Source of the DNA: a virus
IMG/VR virus record: IMGVR_UViG_3300027733_000033
Reading direction: 5' to 3' (one strand)
DNA length: 64,000 nt
The notes below the pieces were generated by a model. The model had not been told where the DNA came from. It saw only the letters and a list, made by a program, of their open reading frames with translations, and did not search any database. The number at the start of each line of letters is the position of its first letter. Within the stretch, counting starts at the first letter, position 1. Position numbers and translations under genes: made by a program. Positions 37,651 through 46,664 of this stretch are shown here, one piece after another.

Positions 37651-37802
37651 GATTTCTTTTTAGTCAGACATTCTTTTCCTGGTCCAATGGGACACTCGTC
37701 AGGATCTTCGAGTGTCTCATCACTTTTCAGTTGAACATCTTCTTGTTTACATTTTTTGGCTTCCGCTAAGGTTAACGCCTTATAATCAAGAAAAGATAAC
37801 AT
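37647..37802 (-). CDS. Small protein with capsid-targeting-like leader (51 aa)
   Basis: Hand-translated MLSFLDYKALTLAEAKKCKQED... Confidence 0.55.
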   Translation of the reverse strand: MLSFLDYKALTLAEAKKCKQEDVQLKSDETLEDPDECPIGPGKECLTKKKS

Positions 37803-37804
37803 AA

Positions 37805-38812
37805 CTATTTTTTAGCCTTAGAATCACACGATTCTTCACATTCTTCGTCATCTTCTTCTTCATCTTCATCTTCATCTTCTTCTTCAGCGTCATCTTCCTT
37901 TACAGGTTTCATAGCGCATTTTTCATCTAACTTAGCAAGCAAACTTTCCAAAACTTCGTTTTCTTCTTTGGTTAGTTTACCGGCGGCTGTTTTTTTCTTT
38001 GCACGAAGTAATTTGAAATCTTCAGCATCAAGTTCGCCGCTACCGTTAGCGTCTAATTTTTTATGGTTTGGGTGAGCAAACTTTTCATCAAGGTCTTCTT
38101 TAACAGCTTTGATTTGCTTTTTGCTTGCAGTAATGGCTTCATTATCGCCATGGAAAATTGTATAAGTAGGATCCGTATCACCTTTGAATTTTCTACTAAT
38201 TTCTCCAATATGACCGGTAATTCCTGCACCAGTGCCTTTATGAATAGTTACCTTATTTCCAATTTTATGTGCTTCATCAAGGTCTTCTTTAACATGACCA
38301 CCAGCTGGTTGTCTATAATATTTGACAGTACCTTTTTTGGCATCATGAATTGCAACTAATCCTGGAAGATTATGTTCAACTTGACCTCCGTCGTTTGCAA
38401 CCATTGCACTTGATTTTTTACCTAGACTATCAGTTTTTGATAGAACTTCTCTAAAATTCTTAGTACCATGTTCTTTTTCGTGATCAAGTCTCTTTTTAAG
38501 AATTGCATCATGTTCATCTTTACTAATCTGAACAAACCCCTTTGGTTTGCTAAATGTAGCAGCTTCATTCAGAGAAGATTCATCTAATATAACTTTATCA
38601 TCTATTGCAATAGATTTTAATTTTTTTGCAATAGATTCTGCTGATTTATTGTCGTTATGTTTTTTATAATATTCATAATCGCCAATATCCGCCATTATAT
38701 TGTCATGGTTAGAATAATGTTTTTTAATCGCAAGAAGCTGTTCTTTACTGAGTCCTTCATTCAGAGAAGATTCGGCTAATACCTTTTCTTTGAATTGAGC
38801 AAATGTTAACAT
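37805..38812 (-). CDS. Modular internal head/core protein
   Basis: MLTFAQFKEKVLAE leader; repeated SLNE/DLDE sites; EF-hand-like DANGSGELDAEDF; acidic tail. Confidence 0.7.
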   Translation of the reverse strand: MLTFAQFKEKVLAESSLNEGLSKEQLLAIKKHYSNHDNIMADIGDYEYYKKHNDNKSAESIAKKLKSIAIDDKVILDESSLNEAATFSKPKGFVQISKDEHDAILKKRLDHEKEHGTKNFREVLSKTDSLGKKSSAMVANDGGQVEHNLPGLVAIHDAKKGTVKYYRQPAGGHVKEDLDEAHKIGNKVTIHKGTGAGITGHIGEISRKFKGDTDPTYTIFHGDNEAITASKKQIKAVKEDLDEKFAHPNHKKLDANGSGELDAEDFKLLRAKKKTAAGKLTKEENEVLESLLAKLDEKCAMKPVKEDDAEEEDEDEDEEEDDEECEESCDSKAKK

Positions 38813-38813
38813 C

Positions 38814-39611
38814 TTAATCCTCTAATTTAGCTAATAGGCTTTCTAAAACTTCGACTTCTTCTTTAGTCAATTTTTTATCAAATTTAGACGGGCGGCTTTT
38901 CAATGCTTGATCTTCTTCCCAGTCTTTTTGGCTTACATAATGTTTAGATTTTTCGTCAGCTTTGCCATTGTATTTTTTGTCAAATTTAGAAGGACGACTT
39001 TTTAAAGCTTGGTCTTCTTCCCAATCTTTTTGGTTAACGTGAACTTCGTCTAAAGATTCTAATGAATATTCTATAACATCATAGCCTTCTTTAACACCTT
39101 TGACTTCAGATACTTTGTATTTGATGCCATAATATTTTTTTTCGCCAGGAGACAATCCTTTGTTTAAACGTTTAGCATGAGCGGCGGCATCTTCTTTGGT
39201 TTCATGAGTTTTAACATGAGTTGGTCCACCACTTCCGATAGAACCACCATGTCTATGAACAGCAAACGCTTCATCTAATTCTTCTTCGTCTAATTTAGCT
39301 AATAGGCTTTCTAAAACTTCAATTTCTTCTTTTTGAAGTTTTTTGTAAGCAACATTCATACCTTTAACTCTTTTGGCTTTAGTTGCTCTAGCTTTTTCTT
39401 CATCAGATTCGCCGCTTTTAATTTTACTAGCATTAAAACTGTTAAGACCTGCTCTTTGTTTTCTAGCAGCTCCTTCAATATCTCTTTGTGCATGAAACGC
39501 GCTGTCCGCAGATTTTTTCATGTAAGAACCAAGCGTACCTTTAGATAATTCGTCTAATTGCTCTACTGATTCTGCTAATACCGCTTCCTTGAATTCATTG
39601 TAAGATAGCAT
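38814..39611 (-). CDS. Modular internal head/core protein
   Basis: MLSYNEFKEAVLAE leader; LDE-delimited modules; duplicated QKDWEEDQALKSRPSKFDKK. Confidence 0.7.
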   Translation of the reverse strand: MLSYNEFKEAVLAESVEQLDELSKGTLGSYMKKSADSAFHAQRDIEGAARKQRAGLNSFNASKIKSGESDEEKARATKAKRVKGMNVAYKKLQKEEIEVLESLLAKLDEEELDEAFAVHRHGGSIGSGGPTHVKTHETKEDAAAHAKRLNKGLSPGEKKYYGIKYKVSEVKGVKEGYDVIEYSLESLDEVHVNQKDWEEDQALKSRPSKFDKKYNGKADEKSKHYVSQKDWEEDQALKSRPSKFDKKLTKEEVEVLESLLAKLED

Positions 39612-40080
39612 CTTTTTTTCCTTTCTTTGGTTTGATGATTTGTGGTTTAACGTATCCCTCAGGGAAATGCGGCATAGGGAAAAACCCTGCTTCAACTATT
39701 TTCTCAAGAGTGATGTTTGGATAATCAGTTTCAAGAATCTGATCTTTTACTAATACTAACACCCGCGCTTCGTCTTTATGCATATTCTCGAGAGTCTGAA
39801 TAAACAAAATTTCTCTACGTGCACTTTTAACAGCGGGATTACAAAATTTCTCTAATCTTTTAGCTTCATAGGTTAAATTCGTTGGAGTCGTACCAATTGG
39901 TGATACGTTCTCTTTATAAGGACATTCCCCGCGTGGAAGTAAGAATAATGCTTTTGGGATATAACCATAGCCAAAAATAAATTTTAAGGCGTTATTATCT
40001 AAGTGTTGCTTCAAGGCTGCTATAGTATCTTTAGCAGAATTAATGTCTTTCAAAATCTCTGGGATAGTTTGTTGGCTCAT
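39595..40080 (-). CDS. Conserved T4-like phage protein
   Basis: LLPRGECPYKE..RREILFIQTLE.MH.DEA..L..VKD; late promoter ACTAAATA at 40108-40115. Confidence 0.7.
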   Translation of the reverse strand: MSQQTIPEILKDINSAKDTIAALKQHLDNNALKFIFGYGYIPKALFLLPRGECPYKENVSPIGTTPTNLTYEAKRLEKFCNPAVKSARREILFIQTLENMHKDEARVLVLVKDQILETDYPNITLEKIVEAGFFPMPHFPEGYVKPQIIKPKKGKKDAILQ

Positions 40081-40142
40081 TTGAATCTCATATAGTTTAA
40101 CATATATTATTTAGTTTATTTCATTTTGCACGACAGCTAAAA

Positions 40143-41042
40143 TCATTTAAAACTTTCGACTTCGTCCAACAGCAATCTGCAGTTATTTTTCATAAAATAC
40201 TCCATAATTCCGTTCAAATCACACTTAGGTTTTAACCCGTTAAACTCATCTAGAATTTTAGTTTCAACCCATTCTGGAATTTTATCAAGGTTAACTAATA
40301 GCTCGTTTCGTTGCCAGTTTCTACGTTCTTCATCGTTACGACAAGCTTCATACCCTAACTCTAGGAATTCGTCTAATCTTTTTCTTGATACCGGCGTTTG
40401 TCTAATGCCATTAACAAAACAGTCGTCACGACTAAAGATATTCGGCACACCATCGCCACCATCACCTCTGACCGTATGTTCTAGCAGTTTAGCCTTAACT
40501 TCTTTTTGTGTAGCAACAATAGCCTTTTTTGTCATATAGCTCCATTGTGATACATTTTTGTATTTTTGAAGTTGAATAAAGTCATTATCCGCTGAAATAA
40601 TCATATACGGCTTAGGGTCGGCGTCAAAAAATGAATCACCGATATCATTAGTTTGGCTCCACTTAGCTAAGACTGAGATGATATCATCCGCTTCAGCTTC
40701 TTGAATCTCGATGACTTTGAAAGGAAATGTTTCTGATAACTCTTTTTTGACAGTTTCCAAAGCCGAAAACAAACCCGCCCAGTTAATATCAGAGTTATCC
40801 CTACTTTTTTTCCTGTTAGCCTTATAGTGTTCAAAAACTTCCTTTCTCCAGTATTTTCTTCCATCGCACGCAATTACAACTTCTCCATATTTTTTACCGT
40901 ATTTTTTCTTGTAAGATAGTATCGTCGACAAAATAGTATGCCGCGCTAAATCCGTAATTTTTTCATCACTCGAATTCTGCAAATCAGATTTAAATGCTAA
41001 AATGTTTGAAATCGCACAACCCGAAAAATCTATAATAATCAT
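40143..41042 (-). CDS. rnh: RNase H / 5'-3' exonuclease
   Basis: IIIDF, ACDG..YWRK....YKANR, EADDII, ISADNDFIQL and GDGGDGVPN. Confidence 0.95.
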   Translation of the reverse strand: MIIIDFSGCAISNILAFKSDLQNSSDEKITDLARHTILSTILSYKKKYGKKYGEVVIACDGRKYWRKEVFEHYKANRKKSRDNSDINWAGLFSALETVKKELSETFPFKVIEIQEAEADDIISVLAKWSQTNDIGDSFFDADPKPYMIISADNDFIQLQKYKNVSQWSYMTKKAIVATQKEVKAKLLEHTVRGDGGDGVPNIFSRDDCFVNGIRQTPVSRKRLDEFLELGYEACRNDEERRNWQRNELLVNLDKIPEWVETKILDEFNGLKPKCDLNGIMEYFMKNNCRLLLDEVESFK

Positions 41043-41045
41043 TTT

Positions 41046-41318
41046 TTAATCCTTATCTGATTCGTATGGGTCAAAAGTTCCCATGAGACAATTGAGCTTA
41101 AACTCTTCTACCATCCAAAGTGCTGACTTAGCATCAACCCCGTTAGACGATATCAACATTTGCCCGCCCTTAGTATAAACTATAGATAAAACGTGCTCAA
41201 TATCATCAGACATTTCGTTCATGTATTGGTAATAATCTTCAAGCATTTCTTTATTAGTTTCTTCTAATTTTTCTTCAGAAGATTTTGTTTTGCCTTTCAA
41301 TACAATTAAGTCACTCAT
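41046..41318 (-). CDS. Hypothetical protein
   Basis: ORF. Confidence 0.6.
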   Translation of the reverse strand: MSDLIVLKGKTKSSEEKLEETNKEMLEDYYQYMNEMSDDIEHVLSIVYTKGGQMLISSNGVDAKSALWMVEEFKLNCLMGTFDPYESDKD

Positions 41319-41333
41319 TATAAATTCCTTAGG

Positions 41334-41732
41334 TTAAGTGTTTGGGTCAATACCTAGCATAGCTTTCGCTCTATCTACCGCGCCGGTTTCAGTTAAGTAC
41401 ATAAGTCCTAATTTAAGTAGCATAGGTGCTCCCGACCAATCAGAATAACAACATGCATAAAAGTCTTCTTCACTAAAGCATGGGTAATAATACACGGCGT
41501 TCACGTCATCAGGTATCTCGTACAAACCGTCAGCAACCTTAAATCCATTCACATCTATAACCTTAGATGCTATTCTATAGGGTTGATTAGGTATTTCAAA
41601 TGAAGGCATAAAACTACATTTTATCCAAGATTCTTCTGTTACATCATAATATTCTAGGATATCCCAAGGCGTTTCGCTAACCCCTGCTCTTTTTGCTATT
41701 GCTGAAATAAATTCAAAATAAGGCGATTTCAT
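41334..41732 (-). CDS. Hypothetical protein
   Basis: ORF; N-terminus related to 31518 and 52476. Confidence 0.6.
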   Translation of the reverse strand: MKSPYFEFISAIAKRAGVSETPWDILEYYDVTEESWIKCSFMPSFEIPNQPYRIASKVIDVNGFKVADGLYEIPDDVNAVYYYPCFSEEDFYACCYSDWSGAPMLLKLGLMYLTETGAVDRAKAMLGIDPNT

Positions 41733-41733
41733 A

Positions 41734-42669
41734 TTATACCCCAAAACTGGCTAATGACGCGGTTGATTTAACTTTAACGGTTCTTGGTTTTCTAGTCTTT
41801 TTAGCCGGCGCAGGTGCTACAACAGGCTTAACCTTTGGTGTTCTAGGCTTTCTAGTTTTAACCGGTTCAGGCGCAGGTTTAGGCGTTTTGGCTACCTTTA
41901 CAACTTTTACAGGTTTAACCGGCGCGACTTTAGGTTTGACCGTTCTAGTTTTTCTAGGTTTAGGTGCAGTCATAACGGCACAAGAATTAATCATTTTATC
42001 CAGTAAGTTTGAATAAGATTTTAGTTTAGCCTTACCAACCTTTGCGTAAGATTCATTCAGTTGTTCGCATTTACCGGCTAATGCTTCTTTAATTTCAACA
42101 CTCAATTTTTGTAGATAAACAGATAATCCTTTAATAACCGCAGGAGATTTTCCTACCAAATTATATTTAAACTGGTATGCAGTTGGATAACCGCTTCTAA
42201 TAAACTCATCCAACTCATCCTCAAATATAGAAATCTCAGAAGCAACTTTTGCTTTGATATTTTCTTGAACGTTTTGGGTAACGCCTACCGCCGCATGAGT
42301 TTCAACCCGTTCAATAGGAACATACTGTAGCAATTCCTCAGTTTTGGTTTTAATGTAACTGAGTTCTCTATCTTCAAGAATAGCGCCGTTAGATAAAATT
42401 CTAGACAACGCGCCTATAGTATGAAACTCGTAATCTGGAATATCATCTAATTTAGATTTTAATGATTTATCGTTCTTAGCAATATACTCAACAGCCCACT
42501 TTTTACACTCTTTATTTGAGTGGTATGCGTTATAAAAATTCAGCGCTTGGATTAGCGTCATTTTGTAGTTTAGAATATTGATTTGTGGCTCACCAACACC
42601 CTTAACAGATTTGATAATTTTTTCAACAAGTTCTTTGTTTTTCTCGGTTTTTGATTTTTTAATAGCCAT
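41734..42669 (-). CDS. Conserved T4-like protein with Lys/Pro-rich basic tail
   Basis: ALNFYN, EQLNESY and KPRKTR repeats. Confidence 0.65.
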   Translation of the reverse strand: MAIKKSKTEKNKELVEKIIKSVKGVGEPQINILNYKMTLIQALNFYNAYHSNKECKKWAVEYIAKNDKSLKSKLDDIPDYEFHTIGALSRILSNGAILEDRELSYIKTKTEELLQYVPIERVETHAAVGVTQNVQENIKAKVASEISIFEDELDEFIRSGYPTAYQFKYNLVGKSPAVIKGLSVYLQKLSVEIKEALAGKCEQLNESYAKVGKAKLKSYSNLLDKMINSCAVMTAPKPRKTRTVKPKVAPVKPVKVVKVAKTPKPAPEPVKTRKPRTPKVKPVVAPAPAKKTRKPRTVKVKSTASLASFGV

Positions 42670-42781
42670 AATATTTACACCGGAGTTATAGTTAACTAGA
42701 ACAACTATTATACTATATTTTTATGAAAAGTAAAGCTTTATTTTAGGTATGCAAAAGCCGACTATTAAGCCGGCTTTGACG

Positions 42782-43048
42782 TTAGATGTGTGTATAATTA
42801 TGTTTACTATACGACGCGACATAATTCACATTGTTTATCCAAAATGGATCAGTGTTTTGAATATCTACTGCTAACCGGTTAGCTATAGCGGCAGTATGTA
42901 TCACTTTATGAATATCAAACTTAATATCAGCATCTTTGATTAGATCGTATTTCATATGAACGCTTTGTAAGTTATCTGCTTCAAGATGCCTCAGTGAATT
43001 TATAGTGGCGTTAATTAGGGTCGGATTTGATACTGGAGATATAACCAT
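42782..43048 (-). CDS. Hypothetical protein
   Basis: ORF. Confidence 0.5.
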   Translation of the reverse strand: MVISPVSNPTLINATINSLRHLEADNLQSVHMKYDLIKDADIKFDIHKVIHTAAIANRLAVDIQNTDPFWINNVNYVASYSKHNYTHI

Positions 43049-43140
43049 ATTGTCCTTTTTTTGTCGTGTACACAGATTTGTAAAAAGTGATAAAATCTAA
43101 TATGAACATAAAAATAATCATACTCAATATCAAAAATGAT

Positions 43141-43344
43141 TTAAGCCGTTGCATCATGTTTTTCTAATTGGTAACACAGTTTCTCCTGTTCTGTTTGCGT
43201 ATAGATACCGCCTAACTTTTTACATGTTTCTTCAAAATGCTCATAATCATAATACAATGTTCCTAATGCTATGACAACATATAGCATTACAGCAATACTA
43301 ATTATCCAAACAATTTGTAATTTAGTTGTGCTTTCAAATTTCAT
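43141..43344 (-). CDS. Small membrane protein
   Basis: Transmembrane segment followed by C..LGG....C. Confidence 0.6.
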   Translation of the reverse strand: MKFESTTKLQIVWIISIAVMLYVVIALGTLYYDYEHFEETCKKLGGIYTQTEQEKLCYQLEKHDATA

Positions 43345-43347
43345 AAT

Positions 43348-43554
43348 TTATTTTCCTCTGGCTGCTAACATAGCATCAGCAAGACCGTAAGCCAATTTTG
43401 CGATGTAGTCGTGGTTTTGATTTAAGTTTTCGTATCTGGCAATGATAGTGGGAAGCGCTTTAGCCGCGAAATAATCGCGCAAGTTCATCCCGTCACTATT
43501 TTCGCTAGGAAACGCCTTTTCGCGATACGGTGTATTGTAATTGTAGTCATCCAT
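43348..43554 (-). CDS. Conserved phage protein (LRDYFAAKA family)
   Basis: GMNLRDYFAAKAL...AYGLADAMLAAR. Confidence 0.75.
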   Translation of the reverse strand: MDDYNYNTPYREKAFPSENSDGMNLRDYFAAKALPTIIARYENLNQNHDYIAKLAYGLADAMLAARGK

Positions 43555-43568
43555 AATTATTTAACCTC

Positions 43569-43943
43569 TTATGATAGTAAGGAATTGGTTCTAAAAGCTG
43601 GGCGAGTAAACAGTGTATCCTCAGGAATTAATTTACTTTTATACAATCTGAACCTATCACAAATAAACTCTTCATCAGTGTCCCATATTCCATAACAATA
43701 AGTAGGTTCTGATACAAAGTAATAAAGTTCAAACAAATCGGTTCCAGTTTTTGGCTCTAACGCTAGGTATCTAAACTTAGGATCAATGTCTTTCCAGATT
43801 AATTTTTCATCAATCTTATCAAAATCAAATATCTTTTGTGTAAGGTTATTGTTAAGAACCTCATTAAATAAATCATTCAATTCCGACCAAGAAATAATAG
43901 CCGTTATTTTATTAAGAATCTCATCTACTCTATCTTTATTCAT
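43569..43943 (-). CDS. Hypothetical protein
   Basis: ORF. Confidence 0.6.
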   Translation of the reverse strand: MNKDRVDEILNKITAIISWSELNDLFNEVLNNNLTQKIFDFDKIDEKLIWKDIDPKFRYLALEPKTGTDLFELYYFVSEPTYCYGIWDTDEEFICDRFRLYKSKLIPEDTLFTRPAFRTNSLLS

Positions 43944-44104
43944 CTTTCACCATTCCAAGAGTTATTTCACGCCCAATAATAGCCTTTTCAATTTTAAGAT
44001 TAAGTATTCGTTCACGCGCCCGTTCAACTTCTTCTTCCTTCCACTTTAGCCGCGTCGTTTCAGTAGCCAGCTGATTACAAATAGAATCAAACTTCTCTCT
44101 AATA

Positions 44105-44350
44105 TCATCCATATTTGAATACCCTGTTAGCCGGTTTATGTTTAATTAATCTAATAAGGACAGACTCATCAACTTTCATATCCTCGTTCATAAAATCAAA
44201 TAATCTGACTTTGAATTCTCTTAAGGTAATACCGCCTATAAAATCCTCAAAATACAGTTCACATAATTCCGCTAAGTTGATGTTTGGATCAGTTTCATCA
44301 ACGTCTTTTAAGAAAAACAGTTTCTTTCTTAGTTCTACTACAGTCAGCAT
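44105..44350 (-). CDS. Hypothetical protein
   Basis: ORF. Confidence 0.55.
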   Translation of the reverse strand: MLTVVELRKKLFFLKDVDETDPNINLAELCELYFEDFIGGITLREFKVRLFDFMNEDMKVDESVLIRLIKHKPANRVFKYG

Positions 44351-44353
44351 AAT

Positions 44354-44692
44354 TTAATCCCATAAGTTGTAAAAATACTTAGCAAGTAAATCTATCCCAG
44401 CTTTAATTTTTGTATCCTTGACATCATCGCCTAAGTACATTTGATGTGTAGGGTATTCTTTAAACGCATATATCATGGTATCAAGCACATCATCCCAGCG
44501 CTTTCTATTTTCTTCTTCAGTAAATTCTTCAGAAGCAAACGCGCTTGGGTAGCCTGTACTTGTTTCCTTATACTTAACTAGCATAGGATGAATAATTCTG
44601 GATAAGGTAATATCCATATCCCAAACGTCAGAATCATCAATTACGATAGTTTCTTCAGGCGGTATAACGGTGTTATCAATTAATACTTTCAT
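44354..44692 (-). CDS. Conserved phage hypothetical protein
   Basis: DVWDMD.TL..II.PML...RWD.VLD.MIYAF...LAKYF.NLWD. Confidence 0.72.
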   Translation of the reverse strand: MKVLIDNTVIPPEETIVIDDSDVWDMDITLSRIIHPMLVKYKETSTGYPSAFASEEFTEEENRKRWDDVLDTMIYAFKEYPTHQMYLGDDVKDTKIKAGIDLLAKYFYNLWD

Positions 44693-44707
44693 ATTGGTAC
44701 CTATAGA

Positions 44708-44788
44708 ATATTTTTAAGCGCTTAACCTCAATTCACGCCCGACTAAGCTATTATACGCGTGCAGGAGTAAAAAGTAAAGTTTTATTTT
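44708..44788 (-). repeat. Type-B promoter/leader repeat, copy 3
   Basis: atatttttaagcgcttaacctcaattcacgcccgactaagctattatacg. Confidence 0.88.
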
Positions 44789-45045
44789 ACATCAAATGTT
44801 TCTTTAATTATATCGCGAATCCGTTCTAATGCATCATAAGTCAAATCAGCGGCTAACTCACCAACTGGACTGTTACCTACAGAAATAGGATATTGCTCAA
44901 TGATATTTAAACATTCTTGAATAACTAATCGAGCAAAAAGTTCTTCATCAAATTTTTTACCTTGACCATAAGAATTGCCATACGCATCCATTTGATTATA
45001 ATATCGCATGGCTTTATTTTTAAATTCATTAATTTTATCGTTCAT
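44782..45045 (-). CDS. Hypothetical protein
   Basis: ORF. Confidence 0.6.
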   Translation of the reverse strand: MNDKINEFKNKAMRYYNQMDAYGNSYGQGKKFDEELFARLVIQECLNIIEQYPISVGNSPVGELAADLTYDALERIRDIIKETFDVK

Positions 45046-45251
45046 AAGCCTACCTTTGGAAAATAATGTTTTTTGACCCAGTTAATACAATTTTGGTCGC
45101 ATTCTAAATCAATTGGTTCATGTTCTTTACCGTTGCGATTTTTGTACCATGTTTCAATATTATAGTACCAGAATCTTTTATCAGTTTCATTGAAAGTATG
45201 GGTTGACTCTATGATAGTAAGGATAGCGCCGGTTAATTTCAAATCTAACAT
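45042..45251 (-). CDS. Hypothetical protein
   Basis: ORF. Confidence 0.55.
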   Translation of the reverse strand: MLDLKLTGAILTIIESTHTFNETDKRFWYYNIETWYKNRNGKEHEPIDLECDQNCINWVKKHYFPKVGL

Positions 45252-45261
45252 TTTATTCTCC

Positions 45262-45672
45262 TTAAATTATTCCAGCAGGGTATTGTTCAACTCGGTAAAT
45301 TTCAGCTTTGTTTTCATCAACAAACGAACGCAATTTGTCAAAAAACTTATCCATTTTGTTCAATAAATCTTTTTCATTTTTAGCGGTAAATTTTCTGAAG
45401 GGTAATTTAACGGTATTCATCGCATAATATGAATCTTTTTCAGGGTTAAGCGATAAGCCGCCCGCGATTAATTTTACTGTAAATTGTTCATCGTTTTGTT
45501 GAATTGATAGCACAGTGTGCATAGGATCGTTTTCACGAATTTTATTAGCACACAATTCAGTTTTACCGATTAAACCCAAACGGATAAAACTATAATTTTT
45601 GCCCAACGAAGCGCTGTTTTCAGCGAAATAGCCATTAGGGAATTTGTTTAAGAATAATTGTTCAATTGTCAT
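45262..45672 (-). CDS. Hypothetical early protein
   Basis: ORF behind a type-A cassette. Confidence 0.65.
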   Translation of the reverse strand: MTIEQLFLNKFPNGYFAENSASLGKNYSFIRLGLIGKTELCANKIRENDPMHTVLSIQQNDEQFTVKLIAGGLSLNPEKDSYYAMNTVKLPFRKFTAKNEKDLLNKMDKFFDKLRSFVDENKAEIYRVEQYPAGII

Positions 45673-45797
45673 TTTACACTCTCCAGATAATTCATTAAGG
45701 TTTAACTTCATTAAGATCTATTATACTCGCTTTTTTCCAAAAGTAAAGCTTTTTTTACTATAAATAATTAAAAATAATTTAATAAGGTCAAACTGTT

Positions 45798-46085
45798 ATG
45801 GACGACATCACAAGTTTATTAGGTATAATTTCGAAAGTTGGATTTCCTATAGTATCTTGCGCCGCCGCCGGTTATTTTGTGTTCTTGACGATAAAATTTA
45901 TTTTGGACACGATATTACATGCAATTTCAGAATGTAACGTTATAATTGAGAAGTTGGATAAAAGGGTTAATTATATGACTAATGATATGATAAAATTAGA
46001 TATTTTAATATCATCTGCTTTGAAAGTAAGACCAGACATTGAAAGAATATCTAGATCCGAAGCAGCGGACACTAGAAAGGACTAA
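45798..46085 (+). CDS. Single-TM coiled-coil protein (YvrJ/BhlA-like), late
   Basis: VGFPIV followed by a TM segment and coiled coil; TATAAATA at 45759-45766. Confidence 0.6.
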   Translation: MDDITSLLGIISKVGFPIVSCAAAGYFVFLTIKFILDTILHAISECNVIIEKLDKRVNYMTNDMIKLDILISSALKVRPDIERISRSEAADTRKD

Positions 46086-46086
46086 A

Positions 46087-46353
46087 ATGGATATTAATAT
46101 CGTGATCAAAGCCATAGATAGTTATGGATTCCCTATAGTAGAAACTATCGGAATCGCATATATTCTATATTATGTGTGGGTGTGGACTACAACAATTATC
46201 AAACCTATTATCGCAGAGCTGAACGAATCTCTGGTAGATTTAATTGATAGAATAAGAGTGCTGGATAATGACATGATTCGTTTGCATCAAAAAGTTAATG
46301 TCATAGTAGAGCTGAGAGAAAAGAAAGAATTTAATTTGCCAGATTCTGAATAA
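46087..46353 (+). CDS. Paralogous single-TM coiled-coil protein
   Basis: YGFPIV...LDNDMIRL; paralog of the preceding gene. Confidence 0.6.
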   Translation: MDINIVIKAIDSYGFPIVETIGIAYILYYVWVWTTTIIKPIIAELNESLVDLIDRIRVLDNDMIRLHQKVNVIVELREKKEFNLPDSE

Positions 46354-46390
46354 AAAAATGCCCGATTCCGGTTAAGGTTTCGGGCATTCA
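46353..46390. terminator. Hairpin terminator between convergent genes
   Basis: AATGCCCGA...TCGGGCATT. Confidence 0.75.
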
Positions 46391-46392
46391 TT

Positions 46393-46656
46393 TTATCTTT
46401 TTTTCCGCTTGATATTAGACCACTTTTCAAGCTTTTCAAATTTACGCTCAGAACAGCGTAACACTTCCTCTAAATCTATTAAATCGTTTTCCTCTAATAG
46501 ATACACCATAGCTAATAAATCCCCGAGTTCTTCTGTTAACCTCGTAGAGTTTTTAACGCCCTTATACTCATCATCATATCCAAACCTTAGGATTTTAGAT
46601 ACGGCTTGGATAACCTCACCACATTCTTCTTGTAAAATATAATATAATTCATTCAT
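46393..46656 (-). CDS. MazG-like nucleotide pyrophosphohydrolase
   Basis: LQEECGEVIQAVSK..RFG....L.EELGDL. Confidence 0.8.
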   Translation of the reverse strand: MNELYYILQEECGEVIQAVSKILRFGYDDEYKGVKNSTRLTEELGDLLAMVYLLEENDLIDLEEVLRCSERKFEKLEKWSNIKRKKR

Positions 46657-46664
46657 AACTTTCC

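Noticed and set aside
41730-41746. Shared TTTGGGGTATAATATG junction at about 41730 and 51090
   Set aside because: It is short and explained by an RBS plus stop/start coupling; there is no further homology.
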